Shown here piece by piece: positions 31,846-40,594 of a DNA stretch of 64,000 nt. A program made the translations under genes and the position numbers. The stretch comes from Nitrospirota bacterium (GTDB lineage Bacteria; Nitrospirota; Thermodesulfovibrionia; Thermodesulfovibrionales; JdFR-88). The notes under the pieces were generated by a model. That model was given only the letters and a program-made list of their open reading frames with translations. It was not told the origin of the DNA and did no database searches. Each line of letters starts with the position of its first letter. Positions within the stretch are counted from its first letter, which is position 1. The DNA lies in the NCBI GenBank assembly GCA_021789935.1, contig JAJYIR010000013.1, positions 1,651 to 65,650 of the forward strand, given 5' to 3'.

Positions 31846-32340
31846 CTATTTGCGCGACGCCAGTTTTTTCTTTGTCCATTCGACAAGCCCGCCTGCCTCT
31901 ACAAGCTCACGCATGAAAGGCGGTATGGGGCTGGCGTTGTAAGTCTTGCCGGCGGCGCGGATGGTGCCGTTGCCGGTATCTATCTCTATAACGCTGCCCT
32001 CCGGGATGTTTTCAAAGAGTTCGGGGCATTCGAATATGGGCAGCCCTATATTGAACGAGTTTCTGAAGAATATGCGGGCGAAGCTTTTGGCCACCACGGT
32101 GTTTATGCCCGAGGCCTTGATGGCCAGAGGGGCATGTTCCCTTGATGAGCCGCAGCCAAAGTTCTTGCCGGCCACGATGATGTCCCCGGGCCTGACCTTG
32201 CCGGGGAAATCCTTGTCGGCGTCCTCCATGACATGTTTCGCCAGCTCCGCGGGGTCGGATGTGTTCAGATACCTGGCCGGTATTATCGCGTCCGTGTCCA
32301 CATCGTCACCAAATTTCCAGACCCTTCCTTTTATGACCAT
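31846..32340 (-). CDS. leuD: 3-isopropylmalate (or homoaconitate) dehydratase small subunit, archaeal type
   Basis: KGRVWKFGDDVDTDAIIPARYL and GKNFGCGSSREHA motifs. 164 aa. Confidence 0.88.
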   Translation of the reverse strand: MVIKGRVWKFGDDVDTDAIIPARYLNTSDPAELAKHVMEDADKDFPGKVRPGDIIVAGKNFGCGSSREHAPLAIKASGINTVVAKSFARIFFRNSFNIGLPIFECPELFENIPEGSVIEIDTGNGTIRAAGKTYNASPIPPFMRELVEAGGLVEWTKKKLASRK

Positions 32341-32629
32341 TTTCAGATAAACCTCCGCAATAGAAATGAAAGAAAATTGTATAACAGACTTGGGAAATGA
32401 AGCAATAGCAGTTCGCCGCGTTTTGCTTTGATATTATGCTTTTATCAACAAATCAGTCTTAGAAAACAAAAACCGTTAATGGTAAAAAAATGGAGCACCG
32501 AGTTTTTTCTCCCGCACCTTGTCTTCACGGACGACCCTCTCATAGGCGCGCTGTCCTGGATGCAGCTTCTTTTCATCGCCGGGCTTTTCATGTTTTTTCT
32601 TTTTTCCCGCGCCTCCACATCATCTTTTT

Positions 32630-35077
32630 TTACGCGGGATCCACCTTGACGGCGGCGATGGGCGCCTCCCCGTTTTTGGAAGGCAGCGTAAGCAGGTTCA
32701 CCTTTGCGTGGGCAAAATGCGCCGGAGCAAAGACCATTCCCTGCGGCACCTCATCCGTCACCCTGGCCTTCAGGTAGATGGCCTCGCCATTCCGGCCGCT
32801 GACCTTTACAAAACTATCGTTATATATGCGGCGGGCATCCGCGTCCGAGGGGTTTATCTGAAGGTATGCGTCAGGCGCAGCGGAATCCAGGTTGTTGGAT
32901 ATCGTGGTAAGGCTCCCGGAGTGCTGCATAAGGTTGCCCGTGGCAAAAAGAAGCGGATGCCCGCCATCGGCAGACTCCCTTGTTTCCTGCTCCACCGGTA
33001 TAAAGACGGGATGCGCCGTCTCCTGCCTTTGCTCAATGTCCGCAAGAGCGCTTGCCGAGAGCCCGGCAAAACTTTTGGCGTCCAGGTCCGTATGCATGAG
33101 TCTTCCCAGGTTTCTTAATATCTTCCAATCCGGAATGCCTTGCCCGATTTCGGACAGACACTTGACGATCTTTTGCGGTTTGCCGGTCATGCCCACGAAG
33201 GTGCCTTCCTTTTCCCCCCAGCCGGAGGCGGGAAGCACGACGTGGGCGAGCTTTGCAGTGGCGGTCATCATTATGTCCTGGACGACGAGGAGTTCCAGCC
33301 CGCCCAGTGTGTTCATCACCCTGGTGGTATCCGGGAAGGTGACCACCGGGTTTTCACCCATTATAACCAGGGCCTTCATTTGGCCGCCGTAAAGCATCTC
33401 CACGGCGTCAAGGCCCGTCTCGCCTCCTTCAAGCACCATTTGGGTCCCCATGGTGTTTGCGAACTCTGGCGGCAGGCCCAGCGCCTCCGGGCCCCTGCCA
33501 AGCAGTATCGCCAGGTCCATAAGGGCCAGCGCGGTGCCTTCGCCCTTTGTGTTCTCCGAGCTTCCGAAACATGCCATGAACATCGGGTTTTTTGCGGCCG
33601 CAAGCGCACTGGCCGCATGCCTGATGTCCAGCTCGGATACCCCGGCCATGACGGCGGCCGCGGAGGGCTTGTATCTTTCGAGGGTTTTTTTGAGTTCATC
33701 GAATCCTTTTACGGCTTCGGCCTTCTTATCGAAAAGGTCCGCTTCGATAAGCGCGCTCATGATGCCGTTTACAAGGGCCACGCCGGTTGCGGGCCTTATC
33801 CGCAGCCACTGGGAACTCCATCTTGAAAGTTTCGACTCCCTCGGGTCGGCCACTATTAGAGTGGCCTTGAGGTCCCTGTGCGCCGCAAGCGCCTTCAGCC
33901 CGTAAACGGGGTGTGTGGATGTGAGGTCGGACTCCAGCACGAAAATGACGTCGGCCTTAAGGGGAGCGTCAAGGTCGAGGGCCAGCCTCGAAATGCCGAA
34001 TGTTTTTTTAAGCGCCTCCACCTGTTTGGCATAGCCAAGCCTGGTCCTCGAATCTACGTTTTTGGAGCCCAGGGACAGGACCATGAACTTTTTGAGCATG
34101 TAGTTGTCTTCGACTGAGCAACGCTCAGAGCCCAATGCGCCTATGGCCCGGGGGCCATGCGCCTCTTTTATTTCCGCAAGCCTCCTGGCCGTGAATTCAA
34201 GGGCCTCCTGCCAGCTGGCGGGCTCAAGTTTGCCTTCTTTTCGCAGGAGGGGGGTTGAAAGCCTGTGTTCCGATTCTATGAAATCGAACCCGAACCTTCC
34301 CCTTGGGCAGAGGTCTCCCTTGCTTATGCCTACGCCGTCCTTGCCCCTTGCGCGCAGGATTTGGCCGTCCCTTAAGCTCAGGACGGAAGTGCATCCAACG
34401 GAACAGTAGGGGCAGATGTTTTCCTGCTCGTCCATGAACCACACCCTGGAGCGGAACTTATAAGACTTTGTCCCCAGGGCCCCCACGGGGCAGGCATCCA
34501 CGCACTGGCCGCAGAACTCGCAGTCCAGCGTTTCCTCAAACGCGGGGCTGACCTTTGTCTTGAACCCCCGTCCGATCAGGTTAAGGGCGCCCACACCCTG
34601 GTGCTCTTTGCATATTCTTACGCATTTGCCGCAGAGGATGCACCTGTTGGCGTTTCTTTCTATCAATGGCGCGGCCGTGGACTCCGGCTCGTGCTTCCTC
34701 TCATCGGCAAACCTGCTGGCCACCGGCCCGTATTTAAATGCCAGGTCCTGGAGATCGCATTCCCCGGCCTTGTCGCAGACGGGGCAGTCAAGCGGATGGT
34801 GCACCAGCAGCAGCTCCAGGACGGTCCTCCTGGCCTTCTCAAGCTTCGGCGTCTCCGTATGTATGATCATTCCGGCCTTGACGGGCGTGGAACAGGAGGC
34901 CAGGAACTTATGCATCCCTTCCACCTCGACCAGGCACAGACGGCATCCGCCGTAAGGCAGCAGCCTCCTGTCCCAGCAGAGGTGAGGTATATATATGCCG
35001 TTTGCAAGCGCTGCCTGGAGGATGGTGGTTTTGGGCTGCGCCTGTATGTTTTTGCCGTTTATGACGAACTCTATCAT
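32630..35077 (-). CDS. NuoG-like iron-sulfur subunit with a degenerate molybdopterin-oxidoreductase domain
   Basis: The start is trimmed to MIEFVINGK (ATGA overlap with the upstream stop). It has a 2Fe-2S site, a His-ligated 4Fe-4S site (HHPLDCPVCDKAGEC), two ferredoxin-type 4Fe-4S sites and CPYCSVGC. Where formate dehydrogenases carry Cys/Sec-His, this protein reads NVDSRTRLGY. Confidence 0.85.
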   Translation of the reverse strand: MIEFVINGKNIQAQPKTTILQAALANGIYIPHLCWDRRLLPYGGCRLCLVEVEGMHKFLASCSTPVKAGMIIHTETPKLEKARRTVLELLLVHHPLDCPVCDKAGECDLQDLAFKYGPVASRFADERKHEPESTAAPLIERNANRCILCGKCVRICKEHQGVGALNLIGRGFKTKVSPAFEETLDCEFCGQCVDACPVGALGTKSYKFRSRVWFMDEQENICPYCSVGCTSVLSLRDGQILRARGKDGVGISKGDLCPRGRFGFDFIESEHRLSTPLLRKEGKLEPASWQEALEFTARRLAEIKEAHGPRAIGALGSERCSVEDNYMLKKFMVLSLGSKNVDSRTRLGYAKQVEALKKTFGISRLALDLDAPLKADVIFVLESDLTSTHPVYGLKALAAHRDLKATLIVADPRESKLSRWSSQWLRIRPATGVALVNGIMSALIEADLFDKKAEAVKGFDELKKTLERYKPSAAAVMAGVSELDIRHAASALAAAKNPMFMACFGSSENTKGEGTALALMDLAILLGRGPEALGLPPEFANTMGTQMVLEGGETGLDAVEMLYGGQMKALVIMGENPVVTFPDTTRVMNTLGGLELLVVQDIMMTATAKLAHVVLPASGWGEKEGTFVGMTGKPQKIVKCLSEIGQGIPDWKILRNLGRLMHTDLDAKSFAGLSASALADIEQRQETAHPVFIPVEQETRESADGGHPLLFATGNLMQHSGSLTTISNNLDSAAPDAYLQINPSDADARRIYNDSFVKVSGRNGEAIYLKARVTDEVPQGMVFAPAHFAHAKVNLLTLPSKNGEAPIAAVKVDPA

Positions 35078-36939
35078 CTCGTCTGCACTCCTTTGGCCTG
35101 TTCGATTAATTCTTTTGCCAGGCTCCCCGGGCCTGTCTTGAGCGCCCCGAATTTGCACGCCTCATAGCAGGACCGGCACTTTATGCACATGGTCTGGTCT
35201 ATGACGTGGGGTGTTTTCTTTTCGCCCGACACCGCTTTTTGCGGGCACACCCTGGCGCAGGCCCCGCAGCCTTTGCACGTTTCGGGGTCTACATAGAAGG
35301 TCACTAAAGGTCTGCAGACCCCGGCCTTGCACCATCCCTCGTTTATATGGGATTCGAACTCCTCCCTGAAATATTTTATGGTAGTCAGCACCGGGTTGGG
35401 CGCGCTCTGGCCCAGGCCGCACAGGGACGTGTTTGTGATGTCCTGGGACAGGTCCTGCAGAAGCTCTATGTCCCCTTCCTTGCCCCTGCCCTCGGTGATG
35501 TCCACGAGCTTGTCGTGCATGACTTTTGTACCTATCCTGCAGGGAGGGCATTTGCCGCAGGACTCATCCGTGGTGAACTCCAGGAAGAATTTCGCCACGC
35601 TGACCATGCAGTTGAAATCGTCTATTACGACCATCCCCCCGGAGCCGACGATGGCGCCGGTCTTAGCGATGTCCTCGAACGTGACGGGCGTGTCCAGAAG
35701 CGCCTCCGGTATGCAGCCGCCCGAGGGGCCGCCAAGCTGTACGGCCTTGAACTTCCTGCCCTTCTTCATGCCTCCGCCGATGTCGAAGATTATCTTCCTC
35801 AGAGGCATGCCCATGGGCACCTCAACAAGGCCTATGTTGTTTATGGCCCCGGTCAGGGCGAACACCTTTGTGCCCGTGGATTTTTCCGTGCCGAGGCTCT
35901 TGAACCATCTTGCGCCGTTTAAGATTATGAGCGGGATGTTTGCGTATGTCTCCACGTTATTAAGGACGGTGGGTTTTCTCCACAGCCCCTGGGTGGTGGT
36001 ATGGGGGGGTTTTGGAATGGGCATACCCCGCTTTCCCTCTATGGAGCGCATAAGCGCCGTCGCCTCGCCGCATACGAACGCGCCCGCGCCCAGGTATATC
36101 TCTATGTCCAGGTTGAAGCCGGTGCCAAGGATGTTTTCACCCAGCAGGCCGTATGCTTTTGCGTCATCTATGGCCTTCTGCAGCCTCTGTACGGCAAGCG
36201 GGTACTCGGCCCTGACGTATATGTATCCCTTGCTTGCGCCGATGGCCTTTGCCCCTATTAGCATGCCCTCCAGCACCACATGAGGGTCGCCTTCCATGAT
36301 GCTCCTGTCCATGAAGGCGCCGGGGTCTCCCTCGTCCCCGTTGCAGAGGATGTATTTGAGCGGGCCGGGCACCATGTAGCAGAGCTCCCATTTAAGGCCG
36401 GTGGGGAAACCGGCGCCGCCCCTGCCCCTCAGGTCCGAGGCCTTGATCTCAGCTATTATTTCCTCCGGGGTCATGCTGGAAAGGGCCTTGGCGGCGGCCT
36501 GGTAGCCGTCCCTGGCGATGTATTCCTCTATATTGTCGGGGTCTATGAGCCCCTTGTTCCTTAGTGCGCGGAGCACCTGGAGGTTGAAAAAGGGTATCTC
36601 GCTCATGACGGGCAGGACATTTTTTTTCACCGGCTCCTTGTACATGAGCCTTTCCACCGGCCTGCCCTTTAGCAGGTGTTCCTCCACTATCTGGGGCACG
36701 TCCTCCGGGGTCAGCTTCTCATAGAATGTGCCGTCCGGATATACGGTCATGATGGGGCCCTGGGCGCAGAAACCGTTGCACCCCGTTATGACTATGTTTA
36801 TCTCTTCCTCAAGCCCCTTTTTGCGGAGTTCGGCATCGAGGGCCTGCTTCACTTTAAGCCCGCCGCCTGCCATGCAGCCGGTCCCTCCGCATATCATCAG
36901 GTTAGCCCTGAAATTGTCCATCTTTATGTGTTCCTCCAA
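35074..36939 (-). CDS. NuoF/HydB-like NAD(H)-binding flavoprotein with extra N-terminal 2Fe-2S and C-terminal 2x[4Fe-4S] domains
   Basis: GRGGAGFPTGLKW, DESCGKCPPCRIGT, an N-terminal thioredoxin-like CGGTGC...CNGFC, and C-terminal CKGCGACARVCP and CIKCRSCYEACK. Confidence 0.9.
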   Translation of the reverse strand: MEEHIKMDNFRANLMICGGTGCMAGGGLKVKQALDAELRKKGLEEEINIVITGCNGFCAQGPIMTVYPDGTFYEKLTPEDVPQIVEEHLLKGRPVERLMYKEPVKKNVLPVMSEIPFFNLQVLRALRNKGLIDPDNIEEYIARDGYQAAAKALSSMTPEEIIAEIKASDLRGRGGAGFPTGLKWELCYMVPGPLKYILCNGDEGDPGAFMDRSIMEGDPHVVLEGMLIGAKAIGASKGYIYVRAEYPLAVQRLQKAIDDAKAYGLLGENILGTGFNLDIEIYLGAGAFVCGEATALMRSIEGKRGMPIPKPPHTTTQGLWRKPTVLNNVETYANIPLIILNGARWFKSLGTEKSTGTKVFALTGAINNIGLVEVPMGMPLRKIIFDIGGGMKKGRKFKAVQLGGPSGGCIPEALLDTPVTFEDIAKTGAIVGSGGMVVIDDFNCMVSVAKFFLEFTTDESCGKCPPCRIGTKVMHDKLVDITEGRGKEGDIELLQDLSQDITNTSLCGLGQSAPNPVLTTIKYFREEFESHINEGWCKAGVCRPLVTFYVDPETCKGCGACARVCPQKAVSGEKKTPHVIDQTMCIKCRSCYEACKFGALKTGPGSLAKELIEQAKGVQTR

Positions 36940-36992
36940 CGGAAAAATTGGATATCTTGTTTTTTTCTATGATCTTTTTTTCTGCTTCCGGC

Positions 36993-37376
36993 TCAATAAG
37001 AGTTCTCGCTGCCCATTACCAGGGCATATTCCTGAACGGCATCGCCCCCCATGATGTGCTCCGTAAATATCCTCTTTATCTTTACGGCGTCCAACTGGCA
37101 GTATTTGACCGGGGCCTGGCCCGTTATCTCCACCGTGGCCATGGGCTCCTTGCTGCAAAACCCGGCGCAACCCGATGCCGTGACGATAACGTCTTTAACG
37201 TCGTTTTCCGCCAGGGCCTCGACGAGGGCGCTCATAACAGTTCTGGCCCCGGCGGATATTCCGCAGGTGCCCATGTGTATAATTACCCTGGCCCTGTGGT
37301 TTCCGTGCCTCAGGGTGAAGGTGGCCTCATACCTCTCTTTTATCTTTTTCAGGTCATCTATGGTCAGTCTTTGCAC
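36993..37376 (-). CDS. thioredoxin-like [2Fe-2S] ferredoxin (HydD-like small subunit)
   Basis: 127 aa with the pattern HMGTCGISAG...ASGCAGFCSKEP. Confidence 0.8.
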   Translation of the reverse strand: MQRLTIDDLKKIKERYEATFTLRHGNHRARVIIHMGTCGISAGARTVMSALVEALAENDVKDVIVTASGCAGFCSKEPMATVEITGQAPVKYCQLDAVKIKRIFTEHIMGGDAVQEYALVMGSENSY

Positions 37377-37403
37377 GAACGCCTCCTTTTAGGTATGCGG
37401 TCC

Positions 37404-38261
37404 CTATTCATACTGGGCAAGGATGTCCAGTGTCTTTACCGGGTTTACGGAACCGTGTGTGTCCTTGTCCACCACTACAACCGGGGCAAGGCCGCACGCG
37501 CCAAGGCACCTTACGCTTTCAAGCGAGAATTTTTTATCGGCCGTGACTTCCCCGATATCTATATTCAATTGCTCCTTCAGCCTCGCCAATATCTCCTCCG
37601 CCCTTTTCACGTAGCACGCGGTGCCCAGGCAGACCCTTACGTTGTGCCTGCCCTTGGGCTTCATGGTGAAAAAAGAGTAGAAGGAGACCACCCCGTGCAC
37701 CTCGCTTACCGGCAGGTTCAGCCCGCGGGCTATGTGTTTTTGGACAACCGGCGGCAGGTAGCCGATCAGATTCTGGGCCTCCTGGAGCACCGGGATAAGG
37801 CTTCCCGGCTTGTCTTTGTGTTTTTCAATTATCCCGGTCAGCTTTTCAGCCGTCTCCCCGGTGAAATCCTGGGATTCCGCCTTCCCGGATTTTTTCCTGA
37901 CCTCCATTGCCTTCGCTGCGGTCTCGATGAGCAGTGAGGGCGAAAACGGTTTGGGCAGGTAGTCTATGATCCCAAGCGCAAGGGCCTCCTTTATGCTTTC
38001 CTGGGAAGGATGGCCGGTAATAAGCACCAGGCATATTTCAGGGTTTTTGGCCCTCAGCTTCCTCATGAACTCCATCCCGTCCATGCCGGGCATCTTTATA
38101 TCGGTAATGACGAGGTCGTACGGCTTTGCGCCTTCGAGCATCTCGATGGCCTTAAGGGCGGAGAGGGCGGTGCTCACATCGTATCCCGCCGGCGAAAGTA
38201 TCCGCTCACAGCTTTTAAGTATTACTTCCTCATCGTCGACAACCAGAACGCTGCCTTTCAT
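37404..38261 (-). CDS. response-regulator receiver domain fused to a NuoE/HydC-like [2Fe-2S] subunit
   Basis: The N-terminal REC is complete (VVDDEE, ITDIKMPGMDG, LITGHPS, LPKPF). The C-terminal NuoE fold is present (IPVLQEAQ..., CLGTACY, CLGACGLAP). Confidence 0.88.
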   Translation of the reverse strand: MKGSVLVVDDEEVILKSCERILSPAGYDVSTALSALKAIEMLEGAKPYDLVITDIKMPGMDGMEFMRKLRAKNPEICLVLITGHPSQESIKEALALGIIDYLPKPFSPSLLIETAAKAMEVRKKSGKAESQDFTGETAEKLTGIIEKHKDKPGSLIPVLQEAQNLIGYLPPVVQKHIARGLNLPVSEVHGVVSFYSFFTMKPKGRHNVRVCLGTACYVKRAEEILARLKEQLNIDIGEVTADKKFSLESVRCLGACGLAPVVVVDKDTHGSVNPVKTLDILAQYE

Positions 38262-38337
38262 TTAATTGAATCCTCCTAAACAGAAAAATCCGGTGCTCTT
38301 TCTTGTTTCTTCCATGCGTGAATCCATAAAGAAACCT

Positions 38338-38967
38338 CTAAACTCTATTATGACTCTTTATGGCCGTCTTTGTCTGGTCTCTGCCTTCCATGACGGCCGT
38401 GTTAATGGCATCCCTTACCATAAGAAGTATCTCCGGCAGGTTTACCGGGGTTTCCCCAAGCGCCTCCTTCAGCGCGTCCGAATCGAACCCGTAATGGAAA
38501 CTGCTTCCGCTGGCGGGACCGCCGTTGATGTCATAAAACAGGACGTACCGGATCTCGGGGTGGCCGCACATCATCGAAAGCATGGTGGCCCCGATGTTCC
38601 CGAGCGGCTTTCTGTCTATATGGCCGAACCTGAAAGAGGCAAAAAGGGTGGTCCCCTTTCCCGGTTCCGAATCCAGACGGAACTCCCCGCCGCACTCCGT
38701 GGCCGCCTGCTTCAAAAGGGGTATCCCCAGCCCAAAGCGCTTTTTTTGCTTTTTGCTTTTGCTTTTATTTTTGTCCCCGTCGTAAGTAAAAAAAGGGTCC
38801 TCGGCCTTAAGCAGGACGCCGCCGTCCATGCCGTGGCCGTTGTCCTCCACGCTCAGTGAATAATTATCACTGCCGGGGTCTTCCGCTATCCGTATAACTA
38901 TCTTTGTAGCCCCGGCGTTTATCGAGTTTTCAGCAATATCGAGTATATGGAGCGATAGATCTTCCAT
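38338..38967 (-). CDS. stand-alone histidine-kinase-like ATPase (HATPase_c) protein
   Basis: N box HILDIAENSINAG, G1 DNGHGM, G2 GLGIPL, then GKGT. No DHp/His domain. It contains a KNKSKSKKQKK insertion. Confidence 0.8.
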   Translation of the reverse strand: MEDLSLHILDIAENSINAGATKIVIRIAEDPGSDNYSLSVEDNGHGMDGGVLLKAEDPFFTYDGDKNKSKSKKQKKRFGLGIPLLKQAATECGGEFRLDSEPGKGTTLFASFRFGHIDRKPLGNIGATMLSMMCGHPEIRYVLFYDINGGPASGSSFHYGFDSDALKEALGETPVNLPEILLMVRDAINTAVMEGRDQTKTAIKSHNRV

Positions 38968-39722
38968 TAATCAAAAACCGCCTTTCTTCCGTCTGCCGCC
39001 TTAAGTGCCAGGGCAATTTCTTTCAGGCTTGCCTCTTTCAGCAGAAACCCCGTCCTTTTCCCGCCTATGTCCTCCAGCCTGTGCGCATCGGAGCAGCGAA
39101 GCCCCGGCTGCCCCTGGAGGGAAAATGGTTTTTGTCTTTGCCCGCAGACCTCAAGCGCGTCGAACTCCAGGTCCGCCGGAATGAAGCCGAGCTGGGAAGT
39201 GACGCTGAAAGAGCCCCGGTCGGCATGGCTTGCTATCGCCACTCCCCCAAGGCTGTGGATGGCCGCCACCAGGCCGGAAAGCCTTATGCCCGTTGCGCCG
39301 GAAAGGGGCCTTCTGCTGAAGCCCAGCACTTCGTCATCCTCGTTCACTATGACCTGCCCGAACGGAGGGGGCTGTCTGTCCCCCTTTTCCCTTCCCTGCG
39401 GCCCCCGGTAAAAACTGTCCAGTTCCCTGTAGACGCTCTCCTGCATCCTGAGGGCGGCCTCCAGAGTTTCAAAAAGGGCGAGCACGTGGACTTCCTCGGA
39501 GGAGGTTATCTCCATTGCGGGCACCAGGGAGACACCGGCTTTTGAGGCCGCGCGGGCAGCGGCTTCCAGGTTCTCGCAGGAGTTGTGGTCCGCTATGGCC
39601 ACTATGTCCAGCCCCGCTTCCGAGGCCTTGCGCATGATCCGCCATGGTGTCATGTCCAGCTCTGCGCAGGGGGAAAGACAGCTGTGTATGTGCAGGTCCG
39701 CCGAAAAAAACCTCACTGCCAT
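38967..39722 (-). CDS. PHP-domain phosphoesterase
   Basis: DLHIHSCLSPC N-terminal metal motif and AIADHNS. Its stop overlaps the next start (TAATG). Confidence 0.8.
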   Translation of the reverse strand: MAVRFFSADLHIHSCLSPCAELDMTPWRIMRKASEAGLDIVAIADHNSCENLEAAARAASKAGVSLVPAMEITSSEEVHVLALFETLEAALRMQESVYRELDSFYRGPQGREKGDRQPPPFGQVIVNEDDEVLGFSRRPLSGATGIRLSGLVAAIHSLGGVAIASHADRGSFSVTSQLGFIPADLEFDALEVCGQRQKPFSLQGQPGLRCSDAHRLEDIGGKRTGFLLKEASLKEIALALKAADGRKAVFD

Positions 39723-39752
39723 TTTTTTGCCCCGGTCACAGGCTTTTTTATT

Positions 39753-40097
39753 TTACCTGACCTCATTTTTCAAAAGAAGGTTATAGACCATCCCAACCAT
39801 CTCGTATGTCTGCAAAGAGGTGCTCATGACCGGTATGAACTCGGCCTCCGCTTTCTCCAGAGTCTCCGCATCTATCTGCTTGCCCCCGGTCACTATTATT
39901 CCGGCCAGGCCCTTTATTGCCGCCACCGCCGCCACATTGGGATGGGTCTGCCGCGTTATCCATATGTTGCCTTCCTTGCCGTTTGCAAGGACGTCGGAGA
40001 GCATGTCGCTCGCATAACAGCCGTTTATGACGGCCTCCGTATTGCCATTGTTTCTCATGTCCATATCCAGCCTGTCTATAAGTTCCCGTACGGTCAT
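39753..40097 (-). CDS. DRTGG domain protein
   Basis: 114 aa. The segment GNIWITRQTHPNVAAVAAIKGLAGIIVTGG is typical of DRTGG. Confidence 0.75.
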   Translation of the reverse strand: MTVRELIDRLDMDMRNNGNTEAVINGCYASDMLSDVLANGKEGNIWITRQTHPNVAAVAAIKGLAGIIVTGGKQIDAETLEKAEAEFIPVMSTSLQTYEMVGMVYNLLLKNEVR

Positions 40098-40102
40098 TTC
40101 AA

Positions 40103-40594
40103 CTATTCCTGCCTTGCATTTAATTGTGGTGTTTTTAGGTTTATGGTGATCTCAAGTGTTGTGCCTTCGCCTGGCACGGAATCTATTGAGAGGGCGTCGG
40201 CGTTCTTTTTTATGTTGGGCAGGCCCATGCCGCTGCCCCACCCGAATTCCCGGGCCCAGACGGGCGCGGTGGTGTAGCCCTCCTTCATTGCAAGCCCTAC
40301 GTCCTTTATTCCGGGCCCCATGTCGGTGACAGTGATCGTAAGAGTTTCACCCTCTATTGAGTACCTCAGGCTCCCCGCCACAGCATGGATTATGACGTTT
40401 ATCTCCGCCTCGAAGGAGCAGATGGCCGCCCGCCTGATAAGCTGGGCCGGCACCCCAAGCGCGGCAAGCTCGCAGCGCAGGCTCTTTGAGCCTGCCCCCG
40501 CGTCCGAGAAGTCCCCTCCGTTTAGGGGGAAGTAGATGTGCTGCCCGCCGTTTACGGCACCGTCCGTATCTTCTCTTTTTTCCCCTGAACTCAT
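40103..40594 (-). CDS. RsbW-like anti-sigma regulatory factor / serine kinase (HATPase_c_2)
   Basis: The start is trimmed to MSSGEK (ATGA overlap with the upstream stop). Motifs: EAEINVIIHA, DMGPGI, GMGLPNI, GEGTTL. Confidence 0.8.
   Translation of the reverse strand: MSSGEKREDTDGAVNGGQHIYFPLNGGDFSDAGAGSKSLRCELAALGVPAQLIRRAAICSFEAEINVIIHAVAGSLRYSIEGETLTITVTDMGPGIKDVGLAMKEGYTTAPVWAREFGWGSGMGLPNIKKNADALSIDSVPGEGTTLEITINLKTPQLNARQE

Noticed and set aside
32630-35158. The 842-aa ORF might be a formate dehydrogenase alpha subunit or an [FeFe] hydrogenase.
   Set aside because: There is no Cys/Sec-His at the Mo-ligand position (the sequence reads SRTRLGY). None of the H-cluster motifs (TSCCP, MPCxxK, ExMACxxGC) is present. 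The first 27 codons overlap the upstream gene and were trimmed.
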